Origin: Staphylococcus phage LY01
Length of the DNA stretch: 64,000 nt
Reading direction: 5' to 3' (one strand)
Sequence record: OR836606.1
The translations under genes were made by a program, and so were the position numbers. Below the pieces are notes generated by a model, which was given only the letters and a program-made list of their open reading frames with translations, did not search any database and was not told the origin of the DNA. Every line of letters starts with the position of its first letter. Position 1 is the stretch's first letter. Below are positions 11,301 to 19,551 of the stretch, piece after piece.

Positions 11301-12110
11301 TTATTTAAATCCTTTTCTAACTTTAAACGCTTTCATTTCTTTTTCTGTTTTAATTTCTTTAAATAAATTATTTTCATCACTTTCTATTAAATCTAATATA
11401 TTAACTAAACCATAATTTTCATTATAAAAATCAATATAAAATTCTATATCATCTTTATACATATATTTAATTTCATAAAGAGACATTAATATACTAAGAT
11501 TATTCTGGTATAATATGATAAAGAATAAATCCTTAAAATCTTCTATAAATTTAATAATAGGATTTTTATCAAATGCTGATATTGGAAAACTTAAATCCAT
11601 AAATGGTTCATTGCCATATTTGATCTCATATAAATTCTTTTCAAACAATTCAATATTATTTACAAGAGCTCTCATTTTTTCATTTATTCCTTCATTAACC
11701 AAATTATTTTCATTTACTAAATCATTAGTAATTACATTGAAATATTCTTTATATAATGAATTATCAAAATGAAAATCTAATTTAAATTCTCCACTTTCAA
11801 TAGTTTCAATTTTATTCATTCTAGCAATATTAAAATTAATATGAAAATTAGTATTAAATTTTTTAAGAGTATCATTTTTATTATGTGTATTTCTAAAATA
11901 AATATCGCTATCAATTTCTTTATAATGAAAAATCATATAATCTTCTTCTTTAGAAATATTATCTATGAAAGATTTAGCATATCCTTTGCTACTTAAAAGA
12001 TTATTAATATCCATAGTAGTTAATACGTATGCAATATATTCATATCGGTTAAGATAATTTCTATCAATTTCAATTAATTCATCTCTCTCTTTATCTATAA
12101 AATATTTCAT
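11301..12110 (-). CDS. paralog-family protein D (~270 aa), tail FKEIKTEKEMKAFKVRKGFK
   Basis: ORF track starts at 12158 inside upstream gene; family-consistent start MKYFIDKERDELIEI at 12110 with AAGAAAGGA RBS and TAAT-ATG coupling. Confidence 0.6.
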   Translation of the reverse strand: MKYFIDKERDELIEIDRNYLNRYEYIAYVLTTMDINNLLSSKGYAKSFIDNISKEEDYMIFHYKEIDSDIYFRNTHNKNDTLKKFNTNFHINFNIARMNKIETIESGEFKLDFHFDNSLYKEYFNVITNDLVNENNLVNEGINEKMRALVNNIELFEKNLYEIKYGNEPFMDLSFPISAFDKNPIIKFIEDFKDLFFIILYQNNLSILMSLYEIKYMYKDDIEFYIDFYNENYGLVNILDLIESDENNLFKEIKTEKEMKAFKVRKGFK

Positions 12111-12111
12111 A

Positions 12112-12888
12112 TTAGGAAAATCCTTTCTTAACTTTAAATTTTTTAATTTCTTTCTCATCAGTTATTTCTCTAAAATATGCATCAACATCAAAATCATTTA
12201 AACTAATATACTTATCATATTCTTTTTCAAAACTAAAATCTTTTTCTTTTTCCCTTTCTTTACCACTAAAATTCCAATCTGTTGCAATAAGAAATTCAAT
12301 ATCTGAATGATCTTGTATCTGATCTAGCAATTCAAAAATTAATTTATTTGTAGTAGTAAACATCTTGTGTAAATCTTCCTTGAGTTCTAAAGGTCTTTTT
12401 CCCTTTTGTATATGACTTTTAAAATATTTTAAAAAGCGAATCATAACTTCTTCATTAAAGTCATGCGGTAAATCTAGTTCACCATTATCATCAAATATAC
12501 CAGATCTTTTACTAAATAATCTCTTCCCTATTTCACTATTATTATATAAAGGAATAGCTTTAAACTTAATATAATTATCGTCTTCTTCATTTAGACTAAA
12601 GCGTATTATAGCGTATATAAGAAGTTCCATTTTATTTTTCTTACCTTTATATTTGTATTTAACTTTGGGGAAAGCATTAAAATTTATTCTAAGACCAACT
12701 AAACCATTGTCATCATGTTCTTCATGAGATATAAGAAAACTCTCATTATAATTTATTTGCATTGTAGTGAATAGCTCACTTAAAACTTTCCACTTAAAGT
12801 CAAAATAGAGTGTTTCATTTTCATTGAAAGTTAATTCTATAAATTCATCTTTCGATTTACTAATGTAGTATTTGTTAATTTTCTCCAT
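12112..12888 (-). CDS. paralog-family protein E (258 aa), tail FREITDEKEIKKFKVKKGFS
   Basis: Same family (DHSDIEFLIATDWNF ... KKGFS). Confidence 0.65.
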   Translation of the reverse strand: MEKINKYYISKSKDEFIELTFNENETLYFDFKWKVLSELFTTMQINYNESFLISHEEHDDNGLVGLRINFNAFPKVKYKYKGKKNKMELLIYAIIRFSLNEEDDNYIKFKAIPLYNNSEIGKRLFSKRSGIFDDNGELDLPHDFNEEVMIRFLKYFKSHIQKGKRPLELKEDLHKMFTTTNKLIFELLDQIQDHSDIEFLIATDWNFSGKEREKEKDFSFEKEYDKYISLNDFDVDAYFREITDEKEIKKFKVKKGFS

Positions 12889-12915
12889 TTACTTAACTCC
12901 TTTTATTATAATAAT

Positions 12916-12941
12916 CCCAATACTAATTTAATAGTATTGGG
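12916..12941 (-). terminator. terminator hairpin cccaatacta...tagtattggg (same arm sequence as hairpin at 25676-25706)
   Basis: 10 bp inverted repeat downstream of 12993..13370 gene. Confidence 0.45.
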
Positions 12942-12992
12942 ATAACATTTTTATAATATATATTTATTCTAATTTTCAGAATTAGGCGATAC

Positions 12993-13370
12993 TTAACTAT
13001 TTTCCATTTCTTCACGTTGTCTTTTTAATCTATCAAGAACTTCTTTTTCTTCTACATTTTGATTTAATTCTGGTTCAATTAATAATTCTTTTTCTTTCAT
13101 ATCTTCTAATATATTTAATCCTTTTCCAAACTCTGGAGATTCATTAGGAGGATTAAATCTATTGTGTTTATTATCATAGAAATTTAATTTAACTAGATCT
13201 GAATTAGGTTCAATAACTACCTCAGCTTCTATGAATAAAATATCATAAGGGTCAGTGACACGTTTTCTATATAGCAAAGCTTTAGTATAAGAATCTTTTT
13301 TAAATCCATAATCTCTTAATTCTTGTTTAATATTTTCTTTACTTAAGTTTAATTTGTATTCTGATAACAT
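12993..13370 (-). CDS. hypothetical protein (125 aa)
   Basis: ORF track only. Confidence 0.4.
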   Translation of the reverse strand: MLSEYKLNLSKENIKQELRDYGFKKDSYTKALLYRKRVTDPYDILFIEAEVVIEPNSDLVKLNFYDNKHNRFNPPNESPEFGKGLNILEDMKEKELLIEPELNQNVEEKEVLDRLKRQREEMENS

Positions 13371-13519
13371 TACTTATTGCACTCCTTTTCATTGTATTCA
13401 TGAACTTCATTAAGATGTCTATGGTCATGATAAATAAACATGCAATCTTCTAATTTAGGTTCATATCTCTTTTTAGTTAATAATTCATATAATCTTTTTA
13501 ACATGATAAACCTCCTTCC

Positions 13520-13861
13520 TTAAAATGATACGTGTAGAAATATATAAAAATCATTCTTAACTCTATCAATTTTATATATTTCTGACATAAGAGCATGATA
13601 ATAAGATAAATCATAATAAAAGTTATCTTCTTTTAAGTCATCAATCATTAGATCTCTTAAAGTTTCATTATCTATAACAATAATATCATCATGCGGAACT
13701 TTTGATTTAAACTTTAATGTTTTATAAAGTTCTTTAGGTGTATTAAAATATAATTCAAATAAATGGTTATCTTCTTTTTTATATCGTTCTTGATCAAGAT
13801 ACCATTGTAAATCTCTTTGTTTACTTTTATTAATTCCGTATATACTTAAACTAAATTCCAT
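13520..13861 (-). CDS. hypothetical protein (113 aa)
   Basis: ORF track only. Confidence 0.4.
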   Translation of the reverse strand: MEFSLSIYGINKSKQRDLQWYLDQERYKKEDNHLFELYFNTPKELYKTLKFKSKVPHDDIIVIDNETLRDLMIDDLKEDNFYYDLSYYHALMSEIYKIDRVKNDFYIFLHVSF

Positions 13862-13915
13862 ATTCTCTCCTCCGATATAATATAGCTCCGTAATACATTA
13901 TAGAGATAAAATTAA

Positions 13916-14695
13916 TTAAAATTCAGCTTTTTGATATAAGTTTCCGAATTCATCTTTAACTATATCATCTCTGCCCTCAACTTCTTCAAATACTAAATCT
14001 CTGGTCATGGTAAATAATTCTGGGTATTCTTCTTGAAGTTCATCTTCTTCAATAATATTCATATCCATATCAGCAACTACTAATTCATATTCTTCAGGAG
14101 AATCCCCTAAAACAAAGAATTGTAGTGAACCTTTATAGACTTTTAATATAGAAGATAAATCTTGTTGATCTAATTCATTAATTTCTTGACTCAATTCTTC
14201 TTTTCGATCCAATTCTTTATTAATAGATTTTTCTTCTTCATCCAATTGTAATAATTTTGCGTCTAATTCTTCTCTAAAATCATTGTCTTCATCATTTACT
14301 TCTTCAGGTTCCATCATACTGTCTAGAATGTCTTTATTAGACATTGTATTAAGTTGATTAAGTACATTCTTAGCAAGCTCTTTATAATTATCTTCTGATT
14401 CATCATCAATAGACATTTTCTGAGCTTTCATAGTTAAGTCTATAATATCTTTCTTAACATTTTTCATTTGCATAATAGTATCTTTAATTTCTTTCTCTAC
14501 ACTAATAATGTTAGCTTCCATATTAGATACAAATGTATGTTTAGGATATTTCAGATTCTTAGTTAGATCCATTATACGATGTTCTAATTGAACTTCTTTC
14601 TTTTCCATTTTATCCTTAAATTTTACTAGCATTTTATATTCTTCCATCATATCATTAATTTGTGATATCAAATCAATTTCAACATTATCGGACAT
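13916..14695 (-). CDS. hypothetical acidic coiled-coil protein (259 aa)
   Basis: ORF track; heptad-like acidic repeats. Confidence 0.45.
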   Translation of the reverse strand: MSDNVEIDLISQINDMMEEYKMLVKFKDKMEKKEVQLEHRIMDLTKNLKYPKHTFVSNMEANIISVEKEIKDTIMQMKNVKKDIIDLTMKAQKMSIDDESEDNYKELAKNVLNQLNTMSNKDILDSMMEPEEVNDEDNDFREELDAKLLQLDEEEKSINKELDRKEELSQEINELDQQDLSSILKVYKGSLQFFVLGDSPEEYELVVADMDMNIIEEDELQEEYPELFTMTRDLVFEEVEGRDDIVKDEFGNLYQKAEF

Positions 14696-14751
14696 TTATT
14701 TTTTCAACTCACTTCCATCATATTAATTAATATAAAAGAAAGTTAATTAAA

Positions 14752-15390
14752 TTATTTAAAATTTTCTTTAACCGCTAACTTTTTTATTTCTTTTTCATCT
14801 TCTACCTTTTCTAAAATCTCATAAAGTTCATTAAAAGTATATTCATTTAAAATTAAATCTTTTCTAAATTCTTGACTGGTTATGAAATCGACATTATCTT
14901 TTTTTGAATTAACTGTGTATACTAATAAACTTATATCTTTTTCGTTATTAAAAAGATTAACTATATTTGAAATTAATTCGTATTCTATATTATTTATATT
15001 TTCAATTTGAATATAAGTTACATATGAAAATACATTACCGCTAATTAAAGTTTTAAAAGGTCCTATATTTTTACATTCTTTATCAATATTACGTAATAAT
15101 GAAAATACAAAATATAATTCAAAACAACCATTACCTTTATCAGTTATATCTATATAAAAACCTCTAGTTCTATAATAGGTATTTTTGTCCTTTATCAAAA
15201 TACCATCATTTCTTAACGAAAATGAGCCATTTTCATCTATCTTATTTTTAATATTGTTAGAATTAAATAACTCTTTAAATAATTCAATATTTAATTCTTC
15301 TTTACTAGTATCTTTTTTAACGGAAACTATGTCACCTCTATCATCAATCTTATAAAAATCATGATTTTTGATATATTGATTTATACTCAT
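14752..15390 (-). CDS. paralog-family protein F (212 aa), tail LEKVEDEKEIKKLAVKENFK
   Basis: Same family. Confidence 0.6.
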   Translation of the reverse strand: MSINQYIKNHDFYKIDDRGDIVSVKKDTSKEELNIELFKELFNSNNIKNKIDENGSFSLRNDGILIKDKNTYYRTRGFYIDITDKGNGCFELYFVFSLLRNIDKECKNIGPFKTLISGNVFSYVTYIQIENINNIEYELISNIVNLFNNEKDISLLVYTVNSKKDNVDFITSQEFRKDLILNEYTFNELYEILEKVEDEKEIKKLAVKENFK

Positions 15391-15406
15391 TAAGTTATTC
15401 TCCTTT

Positions 15407-16015
15407 TTATTTAAAGTTTTCTTTAGTTAGATATTTTTTAATTTCTTTTTCGTCTTCTAACTCTCTAAAATATGCATGAGGTTCAAATATATCAATACCA
15501 TTTATAAAGATTTTAATATTTCCATTATTTTCTTCTTTAAGCATTTCATCTAGCAAATTAGATAATTTATCTAAATCATTTTCATGTTCATCATAACCTA
15601 TAATATTTTCTTTATGAAAATTTTTCATCATGATTATACTGACACCGAGTGAATTCTTATCAACTTCTAAAAGTTCTTTATCCGCATGTCTACTAATAAA
15701 AGCCCTTAATTGCAAAGTTACTTTATTATCTTTAATTTTTGCATATGAGAATTCTAAGAATTCTACTGGAAGATTCTTTCTAACTTCATTATACATATTG
15801 CTGAAATATATATTTTCACTATCAATTAATTCAAAGAGTAAACTTAGATTATAATAAAGGTCATCATTTAAACTATAGTAATCTAAATTTCTTTCTATTA
15901 ATTTTTTATAATAGAGTTTATTTATCTTATCTTTAATATCACTTTCATCTTTACTAATTATAAAAAGCTCATTAATATCTTTATTATAATAGAATTTATT
16001 TTCTTTTAAAATCAT
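15407..16015 (-). CDS. paralog-family protein G (202 aa), tail FRELEDEKEIKKYLTKENFK
   Basis: Same family. Confidence 0.6.
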   Translation of the reverse strand: MILKENKFYYNKDINELFIISKDESDIKDKINKLYYKKLIERNLDYYSLNDDLYYNLSLLFELIDSENIYFSNMYNEVRKNLPVEFLEFSYAKIKDNKVTLQLRAFISRHADKELLEVDKNSLGVSIIMMKNFHKENIIGYDEHENDLDKLSNLLDEMLKEENNGNIKIFINGIDIFEPHAYFRELEDEKEIKKYLTKENFK

Positions 16016-16165
16016 ATCTTTTCCACTCCCTTAATTAGATTAATATAGAGATAATGAATTAATATAATTCATTATCTCATTTTTATAATATATATTTACA
16101 TACATTTTTCATCTAAATAAAAGAGATAACGGACAATTATAGTCCGTTATCTCATCTTTTTAAAT

Positions 16166-18712
16166 TTATTCTTTAGTTAAAGAGTATAAAGCTTGTACCA
16201 TATTATTTATGATAATTAGACTATATCTTCTTAGTAATATATTTAGTCGTTGAACAACTTATATTAAGTTGATGCTGATTAATCTAATAAGATACTTCCA
16301 GCAATTAATATTATTTATTGAGAGCATACAAGCATGTTACTCTCATTACCCAAATTACGTACTGAATTACCAGTGTAGTTTAGGTAGTTAGTTTTCTTAT
16401 TAAGAAGTTTATTAGCTTCTTTATTAGCCTCTACAGTCCAGAGAGATCTGATAGAAATCATATCCATTTACGTTATCTATATTAAGATAATATAGATCAG
16501 ACTATATCTTTACTTTAATAAGCATATTATATTTAGTCGTTGAACACTATTTGTAGTGATGCTGATTAAGATAATAATCTTTCCCAGCAATTAATAATAT
16601 TTAAATACGGCAATATAAATTACCGTCAAACGTTTATGTTATCTATAATAAATGATATCATAGACCAGACTATATCATCATCTCAATTGAGATATATTAT
16701 ATTTAGTCGTTGAACAACTTATATGAAGCTGATGCTGATTGCTCTAATAAGAGTTTTCAGCAATTAATAATATTTTCATTCTTAAATCACTTTAAGAAGC
16801 GACTTTTTCAAATCGGCACCTAACGCTATTTAATTTATAATTAAATTTGGACTATATCATAAACCTAAATATTAGGTTCCCTCACACTTCGGGAATTCAT
16901 TTCCCTACTCTACTCACTTCGTTATAGTATTTCAACTATACTTATTCTCTATATAAGAGTTACATTTATTGTTTTCGATAGTCTCTGAACGTTTATCCAT
17001 CATGTGGATACTTCGCTGCTAGACTTTCCCATTATTAAATACCCTTAGCATTTTCAGCATAGGTCATCAAAGAGATTTTTTCTGTCTTTCGACTGCATGT
17101 CACGCTATCCATTACTGGCATACGTTGTAGCTCTCTAAGCATTAGGGTTTACAAGCAATTCATAAGGTATTTTTTATCCTATATTACTATAAGACTGGAG
17201 CGTAAGTTACTCCGGCATAACTGTTGTGTATAATAGCGGTATCTATAAATACATCTTCATCAACAGGATATTCATGAACAACTTTAGGATAATCTTTAAG
17301 TACAATATCGTCTAAAGTAATTTCAGGAATTGTATCAACTGTAGTCAATATTTTAATTTTGGCAGGTGCAACATTCAAGAAATTTTCGCAAACTATATTA
17401 AATTAATACAGATCAGACTATATCATTACCTACTTTTAGGTATATTATATTTAGTCGTTGAACAAGTTTAATTGACTTGATGCTAATTAACCTATTAAAG
17501 TCTTTTAGCAATTAATAATATTTTCATTCTTAAATCACTTTAAGAAGCGACCAGTGTATTAATCGGATATCTTGAATAAACCACATGCTTATCTTCACAT
17601 ATTTCTGTAGCAGCTATATAAAGTAAATCAATTACAGTAAAAGTTCTACCTAAAGTATTTTCAAATAATTTAACTTTATGACGTTTACCTTGTCTATCAT
17701 TTACATATATAGGACTAAATCTTTCATTAGGATCCTTAATAAAGAATTCTAACATATTCTTAATAGCTTTATCATCAAACTGTTCATATACTTCTTCTAA
17801 TGATAATTCATTTTCATCAGTTCCAGTAGCGGTTTGGAAGGCATCTTTGTGGATTTCAATAAAATCGATAATGTATTTGCTAAAGAAAGGTAAGAATAAA
17901 GTAACTAATTGAGTTAATGGTACCCCTAACTGACCAAATTCAATTTGCATTTCATCCCATTTATTTGAATTAATCTTAGGTGAAGAAATAACTGAGCGAG
18001 TACTGTTATCTACCGTCTTACCTAAAATATTTCTTTGCATCATACCAGTTTTACCTGATAGTTCTCCTGAAGTTAATTTAACGTATATTTCAAATAATTT
18101 ATTTTGAATATTATATTTAGTCGTATTAGCTACAAAGTCAAATGAATTAAAACTAATTGAATCTACAGATCTTAAGATGCTTGCATACATATCATTTATT
18201 TCTTCAGTATCTTGAATTTCCCCTGAAGTTTCATTAGGATTAAAGTCACGATAGAAAGCAGGTATTACGAGCCATTTATCTGTGAATATTCTATCTTTAG
18301 GAGTATTTTTAAGCATATCAATTTTTTCATTTCGGATACGAGAATCATTTTTTCTAAATTTAAGATTTTCATAATTATCGTATAAGAAATTTAATCCAGT
18401 TTCACCATTTTCATCTGGAACTAATTGTCCTTTCTCAATTTTAAAGTAATCAGAACCTTGAATACATAGATCTATATTCTTATCTAATTCTCTCATAGCT
18501 TTATAAGCTACAGGATTCAAGTATTTGCCACCTAAATTAATCCAACCTATATTATTCTTTCTTTCATCAGTACCTATTAAACCAAATATTTCATATGAAA
18601 ATAAACCATCTTCTTTAGGTAAAGTTCCTGAATCAAAGAAAATAGGATTAGTAACTTCTTTAGCTCCATAAGCTGTAATAACTTGATCAACATTAACCAT
18701 ATCTATTTTCAT
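16166..18712 (-). CDS. multisubunit RNA polymerase beta-prime-like subunit, N-terminal fragment; six exons approx 17561..18712, 17192..17388, 16812..16825, 16622..16630, 16349..16464, 16166..16198 separated by five group I introns
   Basis: RNILGKTVDNSTRSVISSPK matches RpoC NLLGKRVDYSGRSVIVVGP; SRYPI ~ NRAPTLH; spliced model reads ...SLGAD|FDG|DMISIRSLWTVEANKEANKLLNKKTNYL, collinear with E. coli [34 protein letters not shown]; gene ends ...NLGNESVQALYSLTKE* near the YYMTRD-equivalent point. Confidence 0.7.
16199..16348 (-). ncRNA. miniature group I intron (~150 nt) in RNAP beta-prime-like gene
   Basis: P1: exon GAGAGU pairs IGS GCUCUC with terminal U-G; P/Q/R/S core; 3' end ...AUAAUAUG| leaves in-frame terminal exon VQALYSLTKE*. 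Confidence 0.65.
16465..16621 (-). ncRNA. miniature group I intron (~157 nt) between FDG micro-exon and DMISIRS exon
   Basis: P1: exon GACGGU pairs IGS GCCGU with terminal U-G; core P/Q/R/S; 3' end ...CGUAAAUG| is the only junction that restores the third Asp of DFDGD in frame. Confidence 0.7.
16631..16811 (-). ncRNA. miniature group I intron (~181 nt) between ...LGAD and FDG
   Basis: Exon CCGAU| pairs IGS GUCG (U-G). 33 nt 5' segment GUCGCUUCUUAAAGUGAUUUAAGAAUGAAAAUAU is identical to the intron at ~17390-17560. 3' end ...AUAAACG| is the only phase-0 G downstream of an in-frame UAA. Confidence 0.65.
16826..17191 (-). ncRNA. group I intron, ORF-less (~366 nt), larger relative of the miniature family and of the IStron intron core
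   Basis: P AUGAAUUGCUUGUAAAC, Q AUCUAGCAGCG, R UUCAGAGACUAUCGAAAAC, S AUGAUAUAGUCC; compared with 24270-24600 the 5' P1-P2-P3 segment, R/P7 and the S/3' segment are largely conserved, P5 and the central domain diverge; putative P1 GUCU|-GGAU; proposed 3' end UUAAAUAG|. Confidence 0.65.
17389..17560 (-). ncRNA. miniature group I intron (~170 nt, boundaries +/- 10 nt) between SRYPI... and ...ENFLNVAPAK
   Basis: Same core; shares the 33-nt 5' segment and the CCGAU| - GUCG P1 arrangement with the intron at 16631-16811. Two phase-consistent junction pairs are possible, so the ends are approximate. Confidence 0.55.
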
Positions 18713-18798
18713 TTAATACTTCACTTCCAATCTAATTTTATAAAAAAATAAATATATAAAAGCCATGTTAAGCTATAAACTTAACATGGCAATAATTA

Positions 18799-19551
18799 TT
18801 AATTAACTAAGCTGTTACTCATATAACTAAAATAATTTAAATCTATTTCTTTTTCTTTAGCTTTCATAATAGTTGCTTCATCTAATTTTTGATTATATCC
18901 TAATGAAGGAATATCAATACCGGTCTGCATAACATTATCACAGTTCATTATAATATCTTTAATATTACTAACCTCGTCTTCATATATTCTAGTAACATAC
19001 CCTAATGTGTTAATTACATCTGATTTCTTTTCATCTGATTCAAGATAATAAATATCAACCTTTTCCATACTTCCCCTAAATAAAGTTTTTAAAAATCTTT
19101 CTTTAGATTTTAAGTTATTGTCAGAAGTCTTAGTTACAATTGACAATTTATTCATTAAAGGAGTATTAATTGTATATGACAAACTTTTAGCTAGATTTGT
19201 TGGCTGTAATGTATCGTATAAATCTTTTTTAAATACAATTTCTTCGTGAAGTTTATTTCTAGCTTCATTAACTTCATCTTCAGAAAATCTTTCATAAACA
19301 TCTTTTCTCACTAACCATTGGTCAATATAATATTCAGGACGATTGAGAACTGTATTGTAATGAGTGCTATAATTATAATCTGGAGATAGTCTGAAAAATT
19401 GATTGTAATAATCAAAATCTTCATGCATTAATTGAACAATTTTAGGTGAAATATTCACTAAAACTTCATCGCAATCAACAACTATATGACCTGTATTCAT
19501 TTCGTTCTCTTTATACATATAATTAAAATTCTCCTTTGTCATAATCTTCAA
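18799..19551 (-). CDS. HAD-superfamily 5'(3')-deoxyribonucleotidase-like protein; true start probably internal (MNTGHIVVDCDEV, ATG ~19500)
   Basis: HAD motif I VVDCDEV (DxDxV) about 10 residues from the likely N-terminus, as in NT5C-type nucleotidases. The ORF-track start at 19551 overlaps the upstream gene by 29 nt. Confidence 0.45.
   Translation of the reverse strand: MKIMTKENFNYMYKENEMNTGHIVVDCDEVLVNISPKIVQLMHEDFDYYNQFFRLSPDYNYSTHYNTVLNRPEYYIDQWLVRKDVYERFSEDEVNEARNKLHEEIVFKKDLYDTLQPTNLAKSLSYTINTPLMNKLSIVTKTSDNNLKSKERFLKTLFRGSMEKVDIYYLESDEKKSDVINTLGYVTRIYEDEVSNIKDIIMNCDNVMQTGIDIPSLGYNQKLDEATIMKAKEKEIDLNYFSYMSNSLVN

Noticed and set aside
17187-17378. ORF-track gene 17187..17378 (63 aa) as an independent small gene
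   Set aside because: It is flanked on both sides by intron elements and is exon 2 of the RNAP beta-prime-like gene; it has a TTG pseudo-start and no RBS.
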